Below the pieces are notes generated by a model. It had not been told where the DNA came from. It saw nothing but the letters and a program-made list of their open reading frames with translations, and made no database searches. From Clostridia bacterium (GTDB lineage Bacteria > Bacillota > Clostridia > Christensenellales > UMGS416): a stretch of DNA of 64,000 bases. The stretch is from positions 70,076-134,075 of the forward strand of contig JAFGUF010000012.1 of assembly GCA_016938675.1 (NCBI GenBank), in the 5' to 3' direction. The position numbers were made by a program, and so were the translations under genes. Shown one piece after another: positions 1 through 9,850 of the stretch. Every line of letters starts with the position of its first letter. The first letter of the stretch is position 1.

Positions 1-185
1 TTCTGCAGCTTCATCTGCAGTTCTTTTCTTGTCTTTGATGAGTTATTCGTCAAAAATAAGAAATCTTTATTTTCTTTCTGCAGCCAGTCGACAAATTCCT
101 TTGCTCCCGGGAGCAGTTTGCTTCCATGATATATAACACCGTCCATATCGCATATGAACCCTTTTTTGCTCTCCAATTCTTTCAT
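1..185 (-). CDS. HAD-IIA family hydrolase (NagD-like), 5' part; runs off window start
   Basis: Manual translation MKELESKKGFICDMDGVIYHGSKLLPGAKEFVDWLQKENKDFLFLTNNS shows HAD motif I (DxDG) and the TNNS motif II. GAGGA RBS upstream. Confidence 0.85.
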   Translation of the reverse strand, partial: MKELESKKGFICDMDGVIYHGSKLLPGAKEFVDWLQKENKDFLFLTNNSSKTRKELQMKLQ

Positions 186-310
186 TTCATTTCCTCACAT
201 TATTTTTCCTTTTATTCATATATCATTATAGTATACCTTACTGTCTATTGTAAATTGATTTTCTGTAAATTCTTCCTTAATAATAGTAAAATTGAAATTA
301 TCTTTTCACG

Positions 311-545
311 ACCACCACCCTTATTTTAAGGGGCTATCGCCCCTTAACAACCCTATAAGCAATCATTTCTATTTTTAGTTAAGCGAGTTGAGCTTTTAAG
401 CACAGTCTCAGCCTCCAATAATCAGGAAAGGTGGCGCTCGCAAGCGACGGAGGCGTTTTTATATAATATTCTCTATTGGCATTTTTTCTATGCGGGGTTA
501 AGCGCATTGCGCTTTCGCAGCCCCAAATATCAAGGGGAGGGGCGG
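311..545. repeat. Cluster of intergenic hairpin repeats: family B (311-353, -), family A (411-460, +), B-like variant (494-545, +)
   Basis: 411-460 closely matches 49261-49310. The reverse complement of 311-353 matches 10000-10043, 55104-55143 and rc 61210-61250. Confidence 0.75.
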
Positions 546-580
546 AAAAAGAACAAAGCACCTGTGTATACAGATGCCTT
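546..580 (-). terminator. Intrinsic terminator of lysine fermentation operon
   Basis: Minus strand AAGGCATCTGT-ATAC-ACAGGTGCTTT followed by GTTCTTTTT, downstream of atoA. Confidence 0.6.
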
Positions 581-633
581 ATTCAATATAGATATACGAA
601 AATGAAGGATTGCCAAATCAGTAATTTCTATCA

Positions 634-1257
634 TTAAATCATGATGTCAAAGTCCGCTTCCGTTGCCGCAGCCACGTCATCTAATGTTACGCCTTCTGAA
701 AGCTCGGTTAATGTGAGCTTGCCTTCCAAAAATTTAAACACACATAGCTCCGTCACTATCATGTCCACAACGCCCACTGCAGTTAAAGGCAGTGTGCACT
801 TTTTGAGTACCTTTGGCGCTCCCTTTGCTGTGTGCTGCATCGCTATAATAACACGCTTTGCTCCGGTTACTAGATCCATTGCCCCGCCCATGCCGGGAAC
901 CATTTTTCCGGGTATCATCCAGCTTGCGAGGCTGCCGGTTTCATCCACCTGCAGAGCGCCAAGCACAGTAACATCCACATGTCCGCCTCTTATAAGGGCG
1001 AATGAATATGCTGAGTCAAAATACATTCCGCCGGGAACTATTGTTACGGGCTGCGCTCCTGCGTTTGTTATATCCCTGTCTTCCTGGCCCTCTTCCGGCT
1101 TGCAGCCCATGCCCAGCATGCCGTTTTCGGACTGGAAAGTTAAATCCGCTTCCAGATAATCAGCAACCATTGTAGGCAGCCCTATGCCGAGGTTCACCAT
1201 ATAGCCGTCTTTCAATTCCTTAGCCACTCTTCTGGCTATCATTTCTTTAGCGTCCAT
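634..1257 (-). CDS. atoA: Acetoacetate/butyrate CoA-transferase beta subunit
   Basis: [13 protein letters not shown] (catalytic Glu) and GMGGAMDL motifs. Start placed at MDAKEM after a GGAGG RBS. Confidence 0.9.
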   Translation of the reverse strand: MDAKEMIARRVAKELKDGYMVNLGIGLPTMVADYLEADLTFQSENGMLGMGCKPEEGQEDRDITNAGAQPVTIVPGGMYFDSAYSFALIRGGHVDVTVLGALQVDETGSLASWMIPGKMVPGMGGAMDLVTGAKRVIIAMQHTAKGAPKVLKKCTLPLTAVGVVDMIVTELCVFKFLEGKLTLTELSEGVTLDDVAAATEADFDIMI

Positions 1258-1258
1258 A

Positions 1259-1912
1259 TTATTTACCTCCCTCGACAATATAGTCAACCAGTGTTGCAGG
1301 CGTCATTACGAGGTGAGGGTCTATTTCTCCGACTTCCACTATTTCTTCCGCCTCCATTATCACGGTGTCTGCCGCCATTGCCATCAGTGGATTAAAGTTC
1401 CTTGTTGTCTTGCTGTGGAATGCATTGCCGCTTTTATCTACTTTTGTTCCGAATATGATAGCGACATCCGCATGCAAAGGCATCTCCAGAAGGTAATCTT
1501 TGCCCTCAATTTCCAGCACCTGCTTGCCCTCTCCAACTATTGTGCCCACGCCTGTAGGTGTCAGCACTCCGCCGAGGCCTGCGCCTGCCGCGCGCACTCT
1601 TTCCGCCAATGTTCCCTGCGGCACCAGCTCTATCTCTGTTTCGCCGGCCATCAGCTGCCTGCCTGTTTCCTTATTTGTGCCTATGTGGCTGGTTATTATT
1701 TTCTTAAATTGCTTATTAACCACCATTTTGCCTACGCCTACATCTTCCATAGCGGTGTCATTGCAGATCAGGGTAAGGTTGTCTGCACCGGCCTTTACCA
1801 GCGCGTCAATAATCCTGTGGGGCGAACCTACGCCCAGAAAGCCTCCTACCATTATGGTATAGCCCGGCTTTACCAGCTTTACGCATTCCTCCATTGAGCA
1901 AATTTTGTTCAT
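1259..1912 (-). CDS. atoD: Acetoacetate/butyrate CoA-transferase alpha subunit
   Basis: MVGGF..VG.P, SHIGTN and [25 protein letters not shown] motifs. Confidence 0.9.
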   Translation of the reverse strand: MNKICSMEECVKLVKPGYTIMVGGFLGVGSPHRIIDALVKAGADNLTLICNDTAMEDVGVGKMVVNKQFKKIITSHIGTNKETGRQLMAGETEIELVPQGTLAERVRAAGAGLGGVLTPTGVGTIVGEGKQVLEIEGKDYLLEMPLHADVAIIFGTKVDKSGNAFHSKTTRNFNPLMAMAADTVIMEAEEIVEVGEIDPHLVMTPATLVDYIVEGGK

Positions 1913-1929
1913 AGATTCTCCTCTCTTCC

Positions 1930-3186
1930 TTATGCTTTAACAGGGTATTTCTCCATCACATATTCCATGGCTTCATCTATACATTTCAAGGCATATTTCA
2001 GGTCATCATCTGTGTGCCTGTAGCATATGTACCAGTGGTGATATGGCTGCACAAAAAGCCCTCTCCTTATTGTCTGTGTGTAGAATTCCCTTCTGCGCTC
2101 CTTGTAGTCTTCATCCACCTTGTCGAATGTTATAAACGGCATTGGCGGAATGCCCGAAACCGTAACAGGAGCGTTATGCCTTGCCTTTATATGATGCAGT
2201 TCCTTAAGGAATGCTTCTCCCTTTTCCCATATTTGCTCGATAACATTCTCTCTCTGCAGTATCTCTATGCACTTTAATGAAGCCGCCATCTCCAAGCTAT
2301 TGGGGAAGAATGTTGAGCTGACGAATACTTCGCTTTCCATCACTTTCATTATTTCCTTTTTGCCCACCAGCGCGCTTATGGGGTATCCGTTGGCCATGGC
2401 TTTGCCGAATGTCGCCAAGTCCGGCACCACGCCGTATCTTTCGCCTGCCCCGCCCATCGCCGCGCGGAAGCCCGTACGTATTTCATCAAATACCAGTACT
2501 GCGCCGTACTCATCAGCCAGCTTCCTTACGCCCTGCAGGTAGCCTTCCGGCGGAGTAATAACGTCCTTAGCTGTTGGGTGCCCAACCGGTGTAATTATTA
2601 TGCAGGCTGTTTCGCCCTTGTTTGCTTCCAGCTTTTCTTTCAGCTCGTTTAAGTCGCCGTATTTGAATTCTGTTGTAAATTTTGATATCTCTTCCGGCAC
2701 GCCGCCTTTGTTTTCCACGCACCAATCGTGCCATCCGTGGTAGCCGCAGCGCAGTATATGGTTTTTACCTGTGTAGCCTCTTGCCACGCGTATTGCCATC
2801 GTAGTTACGTCAGAACCGGTCTTTGCTATTACTGCCATCTCAGCGCAGGGGATAAGCTCAATCAACTTGTTTTCAAGGTCATTCTGCAGCTTCTGAACCA
2901 GCGAAAAGCAAAAGCCTTTTTTCATCTGCTCAGCGGCCGCCTCGTTTATTTCATCCTCAACATAGCCCAGTATTATAGGCCCGTAGGAGCAGAGCATGTC
3001 TATGTAGTCGTTGCCGTCAACATCCACTATGTGTCCGCCATATCCTCTTTCTATAAACACGGGGTACTCGCCCTCTATAAAATTATATGGCCTGCGTATG
3101 CCCAGCATTCCTCCCGGGGTTATCTCCACAGCCTCTTTCAGCAAGGCCATTGATTTAGTAAGGTTTAGTTTTTCTGCGCTCTTCAT
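1930..3186 (-). CDS. kat: Class III PLP aminotransferase, probable 3-aminobutyryl-CoA aminotransferase
   Basis: FDEIRTGFR..DLATFGKAMANG PLP-lysine motif. GIRRPYNF.EGEYP, YHGWHDWCVE, SSTFFPNS and QPYHH.YICYRHT match my recollection of Cloacimonas Kat. Overlaps kamE (ATGA), and the operon has no kal. Confidence 0.8.
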   Translation of the reverse strand: MKSAEKLNLTKSMALLKEAVEITPGGMLGIRRPYNFIEGEYPVFIERGYGGHIVDVDGNDYIDMLCSYGPIILGYVEDEINEAAAEQMKKGFCFSLVQKLQNDLENKLIELIPCAEMAVIAKTGSDVTTMAIRVARGYTGKNHILRCGYHGWHDWCVENKGGVPEEISKFTTEFKYGDLNELKEKLEANKGETACIIITPVGHPTAKDVITPPEGYLQGVRKLADEYGAVLVFDEIRTGFRAAMGGAGERYGVVPDLATFGKAMANGYPISALVGKKEIMKVMESEVFVSSTFFPNSLEMAASLKCIEILQRENVIEQIWEKGEAFLKELHHIKARHNAPVTVSGIPPMPFITFDKVDEDYKERRREFYTQTIRRGLFVQPYHHWYICYRHTDDDLKYALKCIDEAMEYVMEKYPVKA

Positions 3187-3980
3187 TTGCTCCTCCTTCG
3201 TGCACTCTTTCTTTTTGCCATTTCTTTTACTATATACGTCGCTACGTCATCTGCGAATTTGCCGCTGCCGAATCCAGCGTCGTAGCCCAGCTCCTTTGCC
3301 AGCCTGTGGGATATTCTCGCGCCGCCGCAGATTAATAGCACGTCTTCGCGGATGCCTTCTGCCTCCGCCATCTCAACTAGCTGGGTTAGGTTCTGTATAT
3401 GTATGTCCTTCTGCGTCACAGTCTGCGATACCAACAGCACATCGGCTTTCTTCTCCAGGGCATACCTGATCATGTCAATGTTGGCTACCTGCGCGCCCAT
3501 GTTGTGGGCTTCAATCATTTCGTATCTTTCCAGCCCATAGTGGCCTGCGTAGCCCTTCATATTCATGATGGCGTCTATTCCCACGGTGTGGGCATCTGTC
3601 CCTGTAGATGCTCCTACGACTACTATCTTCCTGCCGATGTCGCGCTTTATGCATTCATCTGTTTCCTTCATGGACATGGCTTTGCTCACGGCAGACGGCG
3701 CATCTATAGCAGTGTAGTCTATGCCTGCATCCACGGAGCCGTAAAGCACATAGAATGTAAAATCATCATCAAGCGGCTTTACGCTTGCTACTACTGTTTC
3801 TTTTAGCCCCATCTTAGCAGCCAGTGCCTTGGCTGCCTCAGTTGATTTTTCGCAGTTTTTTACAGGCAGCGTAAAGCTGAGCTGCACTCTGCCGTCATTC
3901 AATGTGTCTCCGTAGGGCTTAAGCTTCGTTAAGTCCAGTTTTTTATCGTAATTTTTTTTTGCTGTGGAATATCCGCTCAT
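3183..3980 (-). CDS. kamE: Lysine 5,6-aminomutase beta subunit (B12-binding)
   Basis: KPYGDTLNDGRVQLSFTLP N-terminus, DAHTVG cobalamin motif, MNMKGYAGHYGLERY. Confidence 0.95.
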   Translation of the reverse strand: MSGYSTAKKNYDKKLDLTKLKPYGDTLNDGRVQLSFTLPVKNCEKSTEAAKALAAKMGLKETVVASVKPLDDDFTFYVLYGSVDAGIDYTAIDAPSAVSKAMSMKETDECIKRDIGRKIVVVGASTGTDAHTVGIDAIMNMKGYAGHYGLERYEMIEAHNMGAQVANIDMIRYALEKKADVLLVSQTVTQKDIHIQNLTQLVEMAEAEGIREDVLLICGGARISHRLAKELGYDAGFGSGKFADDVATYIVKEMAKRKSARRRSK

Positions 3981-5542
3981 GGCCTTTCCTCCAGTTCCTT
4001 CTTCATCCGGTCCATGAAGGGGTTGACATAGTCTTTGTTCTTCTTGAATACGCCCTCCAGTCCTCTGCCCTCCGTCTCGCCACGCTTTATGTCGGCGAAT
4101 ACTCCCTCGCTTAAGGATGCAAAAAGGCCTTTCTTCTCTATTTTGTCCAGCAGCTTTTCAGCCTTCCCCAAAACTTCGTCGGCACGGTTTGCCATCTTGC
4201 CGTCCTTTTTAAATGTTATCTCGTCTCCCAGCGAATCCATGGCATTGAAAATATACTGGGCGTTCTGTATGGAAAGCGCACGGTCGGACATAAACGGCGT
4301 GTGTATAGCCTCCGTCAGCATCCCAAGCAGGTGTATCCTCTGCCCCGTTACCTTTGTAACCATGTTAAAGAGCGCATCCTGCACATTTGCCATAAATATG
4401 TCACCCGTTTTGTGCTTGGTAGGCGGCATGTATTTAAGCGGCGCATCGGGGAATATCTCCCGTGCCATCTGCGCCTGCGCCAGCTCGTAGACGAAGCTGT
4501 CCTTTAGCTGTGGGGACATCTCAAAGGCGTGCCCCAATCCCATCTGGCTTTCCTTAAGGCCGGCCTTTTTTGCCAGCTGCTCATTGATAAACTGGCTTGC
4601 AAGCACGGTGTGCGCCTGTTCGTAGGCATCGGATGTTGTAAGGTAATTATCCTCGCCTGTGTTTATTATTACGCCTGCGTAGGCGTTTATTATCCTTGAA
4701 AAATATTGGTCAATAAGCGTGCGCTTCATGTTGATATTGCGGAAAAGTATGCCGTAGAGCGCGTCATTGAGCATCATATCCAGCCGCTCAAATGCCCCCA
4801 TTACGGCGATTTCGGGCATGCACAGCCCTGAGCAGTAGTTGCACAGGCGGATATACCGGCCTTCTTCCCTGCCCGCTTCATCCAGCGCTTCACGCATTAT
4901 CCTGAAGTTCTCCTGAGTTGCGTATGTGCCGCCGAATCCTTCGTGGGTTTCGCCGTATGGCACATAGTCCAGCAGGCTCTGCCCTGTAGTCCTGATGACG
5001 GCTATTACGTCGGCGCCCTGCTTCGCTGCGGCAACGGCCTGCACTGCGTCCTCTCTGATGTCGCCAGTGGCAACTATCACATACAGCAGCGGGCCTTGCT
5101 TTTCGCCGAATTCCTTAAGGTACACTTCTCTTTGAGCAGTTCTTTTTTTTATGCGCTCCAATGCCTTTGCAGTCTCCTTTTGCAGCACTTCCTTCTTTTT
5201 ATCCTCAGAAAACTGCGGCAGCGCGTCAAATTCGAATTTGTATTCCGCTATGCTTTCGGCAATCTCCTGCGGAGTCATCTTCGTATGGAGAATGCTCCTC
5301 GCGAAAAAATCAGCCGCTCCACTTCCTAAAAGGTTATTGTCGGCCAATGCCTCAACAACAATGTTAGGAAGCGGAACGTCATATTCATCTATGCCGTCTA
5401 CGCCAAATAAACGGCAAAGTGTTCTTTCAACGGCCGTAGTTGAGTGTATATCAATGAATTTCTGCACCTTTGAGGCTATTTTCGATGCGTCCCTCCTGCA
5501 GGATTTCACTTTGTTTTTATCAATATTCAGCTTGCTCTCCAT
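3977..5542 (-). CDS. kamD: Lysine 5,6-aminomutase alpha subunit
   Basis: MESKLNID start, YVIVATG, AVIRTTGQSLLDYVPYG, NYCSGLCMPEIA, INTGEDNYLTT. Start could also be 5545. Confidence 0.95.
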   Translation of the reverse strand: MESKLNIDKNKVKSCRRDASKIASKVQKFIDIHSTTAVERTLCRLFGVDGIDEYDVPLPNIVVEALADNNLLGSGAADFFARSILHTKMTPQEIAESIAEYKFEFDALPQFSEDKKKEVLQKETAKALERIKKRTAQREVYLKEFGEKQGPLLYVIVATGDIREDAVQAVAAAKQGADVIAVIRTTGQSLLDYVPYGETHEGFGGTYATQENFRIMREALDEAGREEGRYIRLCNYCSGLCMPEIAVMGAFERLDMMLNDALYGILFRNINMKRTLIDQYFSRIINAYAGVIINTGEDNYLTTSDAYEQAHTVLASQFINEQLAKKAGLKESQMGLGHAFEMSPQLKDSFVYELAQAQMAREIFPDAPLKYMPPTKHKTGDIFMANVQDALFNMVTKVTGQRIHLLGMLTEAIHTPFMSDRALSIQNAQYIFNAMDSLGDEITFKKDGKMANRADEVLGKAEKLLDKIEKKGLFASLSEGVFADIKRGETEGRGLEGVFKKNKDYVNPFMDRMKKELEERP

Positions 5543-6476
5543 CATTTTCCTCATCTAATACATTATAAACCGGCAGGTTCATGTGCTCTTTCATTTGCTC
5601 TAAGAATTTCTTTTTATCGTACCACATGCCATATGGCGACATCGGGTTGATCGTTACAGCCACTAGGTTTGTGCCGCTTTGCACCAGTATTCTGCCCTGC
5701 TTCCTTGCGAATTTATCATACATTCTAGGCGTAATAAAAATACACGATGCGTCATTAACCACGGCAATTTTTATGTATGCTTTGTATTCCTTCATTATTT
5801 TAGCAAGGTCGTCTGCAACCATCGCACCACGGAAGATAAACCTGGCTTCGTTATCGTTTTTAAGCACAGCATACGGCCTGTCATTTGTGAAATTAACTGA
5901 GTAGCTCTCCTCGCTCGTTTCAATCGCGAACATCTCCGCCTGATGCTTTGCCGCCATTATTGTCCTGTGCATGTCATGATGCATAGCCGCACCTACTGAT
6001 AAAACTGCAGCCTCCATTCGGGATACAAATGATGTCCTTCCCGCTGCGCCGTCTACTAGTATCTTCTGGCAACCCAGTTTCTGAAGCATTGCGCCTATAA
6101 CCTCAATCTGTGCCACCATTGACGGCCCGGCAACCTCCAGATAGCCTTCGCTTTGTACCTTTACAATGAGCACTTCTCCAAGCGCTGTCATTATTCCTGT
6201 TTCCAGAGTGGTTTTGCATTTCGCGGTGGAATCTGCAAGGCATACTCCGCACGTTGCCGCATACATTCCCGGATATACTCTTATCCTTGGTTTTTCAAGC
6301 CGCGTCACTTCGTCCTGCTTTTCGCCGTCGTATCCGATGGATGTAATGCCCAATACATAGTCATTTCGATATTCTTTTATCAGGTAGTTTAAAACCGTCG
6401 TTTTGCCGGCGTTTTTGCACATGCCTGCTACGCCTATGCTTTTATATTCCTTTAAGCTTTCCGCTAGGCTATTCAT
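5520..6476 (-). CDS. kamB: KamB-like P-loop protein (5,6-aminomutase accessory/reactivating component)
   Basis: GMCKNAGKTT P-loop, TSIG.DGE..D and LVDGA motifs. Lies directly downstream of kamA, as in known kam clusters. Confidence 0.7.
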   Translation of the reverse strand: MNSLAESLKEYKSIGVAGMCKNAGKTTVLNYLIKEYRNDYVLGITSIGYDGEKQDEVTRLEKPRIRVYPGMYAATCGVCLADSTAKCKTTLETGIMTALGEVLIVKVQSEGYLEVAGPSMVAQIEVIGAMLQKLGCQKILVDGAAGRTSFVSRMEAAVLSVGAAMHHDMHRTIMAAKHQAEMFAIETSEESYSVNFTNDRPYAVLKNDNEARFIFRGAMVADDLAKIMKEYKAYIKIAVVNDASCIFITPRMYDKFARKQGRILVQSGTNLVAVTINPMSPYGMWYDKKKFLEQMKEHMNLPVYNVLDEENDGEQAEY

Positions 6477-7719
6477 GCTCTTTTTCGTGCCTTTTTCCGT
6501 TACGTTTCAGGTCTTTTGGCTCAATGGTTATCTTCTGTCCGTTCAAAAGCCCGGCTATGCCGTCAAGTTCAATATCTTTTTGATCGTGTTTTCTGTTGAA
6601 GCTGTAGTTTTCCGGCTCGGCGTAGGATGATATCATTCCCTCAAAATTCCTCAGCACTATTCTTTCGTACCCTTGCGATATGATATAGTTAGGCATTACG
6701 GGTATCTTGCCGCCGCCGCCCGGTGCGTCTATTACAAATGTAGGCACGCAAAAGCCCGATGTATGCCCCCTTAGCCCTTCTATTATCTCAATGCCCACAG
6801 ATACCGGCGTGCGGAAATGCTCAATACCTGTGGATAAATCGCATTGATACAGATAATACGGACGCACGCGCATCTTTACAAGCTCATGCACCAGCTCTTT
6901 CATGATGGTTATTTTGTCGTTTATCCCAGCCAGCAGAACGCTCTGGTTTCCCAATGGTATGCCCGCATCGGCCAGCATTGCGCATGCCTTTTTGCTCTCC
7001 TCTGTTATCTCACTTGGGTGCCCAAAGTGCAGGTTTATCCATAGCGGATGGTATTTTTTCAGCATACCTACGAGCTCTGGTGTTATCCTTTGGGGCATCA
7101 CTATGGGTGAGCGTGTGCCTATTCTTATTATTTCAACATGCTCAATTTCCCTTATGCTTGAAATTATCTTCTCCAGCCTGTCATCGGATAGCAGCAGCGG
7201 GTCGCCTCCGGATATAAGCACATCCCGCACTTCCTTATGCTCTCTTATGTACTCCACGCTCTTTTCTATTGCTGAAAATTCCATGGCGCAGTCCTTATGC
7301 CCTGCAAAGCGCCTGCGTGTGCAGTACCTGCAGTACATGGAACACTGGTCAGTCACTAAAAGCAGCACCCTGTCGGGGTATCTGTGGGTAAGCCCCGGCA
7401 CTGGTGAATCGGTGTCCTCATGCAGCGGGTCGTCAATGTCATCTTCACTTACCTTTAGCTCCGCCAATGTCGGCACCGCCTGCTTCCTTATGGCGTCGTC
7501 CGGGTTATCCGGGTCAATTAAGGACAGAAAGTACGGAGTAATTGCCATGCGAAGCTTAACCAAGCATTGGGATATTGCCTGCTTCTCATCATCTGATAAT
7601 GCCAGGTATTTTTCAAGCTCGTTCACCGTGGTTATTCTGTTTCTAACCTGCCAGTGCCAGCTGTTCCATTCCTCGTCTGATGCATCGGGAAATAGCTCTA
7701 TTCTTCTGGAATAATTCAT
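6469..7719 (-). CDS. kamA: Lysine 2,3-aminomutase (radical SAM)
   Basis: THRYPDRVL, CSMYCRYC (CxxxCxxC), SGGDPL, YLYQCD, DAPGGGGKIP (PLP Lys). Confidence 0.97.
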   Translation of the reverse strand: MNYSRRIELFPDASDEEWNSWHWQVRNRITTVNELEKYLALSDDEKQAISQCLVKLRMAITPYFLSLIDPDNPDDAIRKQAVPTLAELKVSEDDIDDPLHEDTDSPVPGLTHRYPDRVLLLVTDQCSMYCRYCTRRRFAGHKDCAMEFSAIEKSVEYIREHKEVRDVLISGGDPLLLSDDRLEKIISSIREIEHVEIIRIGTRSPIVMPQRITPELVGMLKKYHPLWINLHFGHPSEITEESKKACAMLADAGIPLGNQSVLLAGINDKITIMKELVHELVKMRVRPYYLYQCDLSTGIEHFRTPVSVGIEIIEGLRGHTSGFCVPTFVIDAPGGGGKIPVMPNYIISQGYERIVLRNFEGMISSYAEPENYSFNRKHDQKDIELDGIAGLLNGQKITIEPKDLKRNGKRHEKEHE

Positions 7720-7808
7720 ATGGTTCCTCTTTTTTAGTTGGACTCTTAGTCCTATATAGATTAGTATTGCAGTTCCGCCACTTTTGTTTTATGCTTATGT
7801 AATTAGCG

Positions 7809-7929
7809 CCTCTTATCCCCCTGAAAGCTTCGCTTTCTTTCCCCCTTTGGCAAGGGGGAGTCGCTGCGGCTCCAAGGACGCCTCTCGGTCACACTTCACG
7901 TGCCAGCTCCCCTTCAAGGGGATAAGGGG
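7809..7929 (-). repeat. Two tandem family-A repeat units inside the kdd-kamA intergenic region
   Basis: Minus strand: CCCCTTGAAGGGGAGCTGGCACGT-GAA-GTGTGACCGAGAGG and CTCCCCCTTGCCAAAGGGGGA..AAAGC-GAA-GCTTTCAGGGGG. Same layout as 49026-49072 and 54998-55045. Confidence 0.75.
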
Positions 7930-7981
7930 TTTTAAGTTTTTATGTTGGCTAATGCCCATTTGTAATGATAGGTTAAGAAAA

Positions 7982-9022
7982 CTATCCTACATATGTCTTT
8001 TCAAACAGCTCCCTTATCTGGCTATTTTCCCTTAGCTCTTCCAGAGTGATTTCGGCATGGTCTTTTGTATAGCCATTTCCTATTATCATGTTTACATCCT
8101 TGCCCACGCCCTCTGCGCCCAGCGCAGCCTTTGTAAAGCTGGTTGCCATTGAGAAGAAGTATACTGTTCCGCCATCCTTAACAGGAAGTATGCTGCTCAT
8201 TTCAGTGTCTGGAATGTTTACGCAGTTTATGCACAAATCATATTCTTTTCCGCCGTTTGCTTCCAGAGCCTTGTTGTATACGTCCATGGCCTCCACTGCG
8301 TTTGCGACTATATGCTCATGGCATAGGTTAAGGTTTGCAAGCTTTTCCTTGCTGCTTTCTCTGCTGGCAACGCCTACCACGTTGCCGGTCGGTCCTACGC
8401 GCTTTTTTGCCTCGTAGCAGCAGAGTATGCCTGATTTGCCGCTGGCTCCCAGTATCAGCACGCTGTCGCCGGGCTTCACCAACTTCGCTGCCTGTGCAGG
8501 CGCTCCTGCTACGTCAAGAGCAGCAAGTGCTAGGCTTTCATCCATGTCCTTAGGCAATTTTGCATATATGCCGCTCTCAAATAGTATTGCCTCGCCCTCA
8601 ATTTCCACCTTGTCTATATTCATGTGAATTTTCTTAATTTTCTTTATCTTAAGCGGGGTTAATGAAAGAGAAACCAGCGTCGCTATATCATCGCCCTCTT
8701 TAAGCGGTGTTTTGCCCTTCAATGCAGGGCCGATTTGCTTAACAGTGCCCATCAGCATTCCGCCGGAGCCAGTAACCGGATTTTGCATCTTGCCGCGCTC
8801 GGCAACGATATCCATTATCATCTGCCCGATTTTTTCTGGGTCGCCGCCGTTTGCAGACTTCAGCTGGGTGAAGCTTGCTGAGTCGATATTTAGCGCTTTA
8901 ACCTCAAGCAGTATCTCATTGTCATAGATATCCATAGTGTTATCAATTTTCTTTGCCGGCTGCGGCAGAACACCTTTCGGCTCGATTACTCTGTGTGTTC
9001 CGTATTTACATCCCTTTTTCAT
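7982..9022 (-). CDS. kdd: L-erythro-3,5-diaminohexanoate dehydrogenase
   Basis: GCKYGTHRVIEP.GVLPQPA, RGKMQNPVTGSGGML, FFSMATSFTKAALGAEG. Confidence 0.95.
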   Translation of the reverse strand: MKKGCKYGTHRVIEPKGVLPQPAKKIDNTMDIYDNEILLEVKALNIDSASFTQLKSANGGDPEKIGQMIMDIVAERGKMQNPVTGSGGMLMGTVKQIGPALKGKTPLKEGDDIATLVSLSLTPLKIKKIKKIHMNIDKVEIEGEAILFESGIYAKLPKDMDESLALAALDVAGAPAQAAKLVKPGDSVLILGASGKSGILCCYEAKKRVGPTGNVVGVASRESSKEKLANLNLCHEHIVANAVEAMDVYNKALEANGGKEYDLCINCVNIPDTEMSSILPVKDGGTVYFFSMATSFTKAALGAEGVGKDVNMIIGNGYTKDHAEITLEELRENSQIRELFEKTYVG

Positions 9023-9034
9023 ATGTGCACCTCA

Positions 9035-9850
9035 TTAAAGTTTTAATATATTTCTTGCATCCGCCGGGCTTGCCGGTTCTCTGCCTAGTTCCATCGCTAT
9101 GCGTACTGCCTTGCTCACCAATTTGCCATTGGACTCAGCTAGTACACCGGGCGAAATGAAGATATTGTCTTCAAACCCTACCCGAATGTGTCCGCCTGTT
9201 ATTGCTGACATTGCCGCAACATTAAACTGATGCCTGCCTATGCCTGCCGCTGTGAATGTCGCGCCCTCCGGAAGGCTCTCCTTGAGAAAGTTGAACTCGC
9301 TCATGCTTGCGCCTATGCCCCCTGTTACGCCCATCACTAAGTTAAAATGCAAAGGCTCCAAAATAAAACCTTTTTTCACAAGGTATAGCGCCGTGTTTAT
9401 CATGCTTCTGTCGAAAACTTCGATTTCCGGCTTTATGCCCTTTGCTTTCATTTCGCTCGCAAAGTGCTTTATTGTGCTTATGGAGTTTACGAATATGTCA
9501 TTTTCGCCGAAGTTTAATGTGCCGCAGTCCAGCGTCGCCATCTCCGGGTTTAATGTAAGCGGCTGCAGCCTCTCTTCGTCGCTCATGCCCGCTGCTCCGC
9601 CTGTAGATGGCTGAACAATTACTTCAGGGCACTGGCGCTTAATCGCGTCAATGCATTCTTTGAATCTTTCTGCGCTCTGAGTGGGTGTACCATCATCATA
9701 TCTGACATGCAGGTGGATAATTGCCGCTCCTGCCTCATGTGCCCTTCTTGCCTCATCTGCAATCTCTGTCACTGTGTACGGGACATTCGGATTGTGCTCC
9801 TTTGTTACCTCAGCTCCGCATATCGCCGCAGTGATTATAACCTTCTCCAT
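9035..9850 (-). CDS. kce: 3-keto-5-aminohexanoate cleavage enzyme
   Basis: IITAAICGAE, HLHVR Zn site, QPSTGGA, HIRVGFEDN. Confidence 0.95.
   Translation of the reverse strand: MEKVIITAAICGAEVTKEHNPNVPYTVTEIADEARRAHEAGAAIIHLHVRYDDGTPTQSAERFKECIDAIKRQCPEVIVQPSTGGAAGMSDEERLQPLTLNPEMATLDCGTLNFGENDIFVNSISTIKHFASEMKAKGIKPEIEVFDRSMINTALYLVKKGFILEPLHFNLVMGVTGGIGASMSEFNFLKESLPEGATFTAAGIGRHQFNVAAMSAITGGHIRVGFEDNIFISPGVLAESNGKLVSKAVRIAMELGREPASPADARNILKL

Noticed and set aside
379-561. Short ORFs 379-561, 7784-8035, 48906-49088 and 54612-54812
   Set aside because: They are translations of repeat DNA or intergenic sequence with no RBS or protein-like features.
1930-3186. Glutamate-1-semialdehyde aminomutase (hemL) annotation
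   Set aside because: It lacks the HemL GGVNSPVR and YHGH motifs (it has GGMLGIRR and YHGW), and it is embedded in the lysine operon.
6902-7714. Long antisense ORFs (e.g. 6902-7714, 13995-14759, 1313-1897)
   Set aside because: Shadow frames opposite well-conserved genes.
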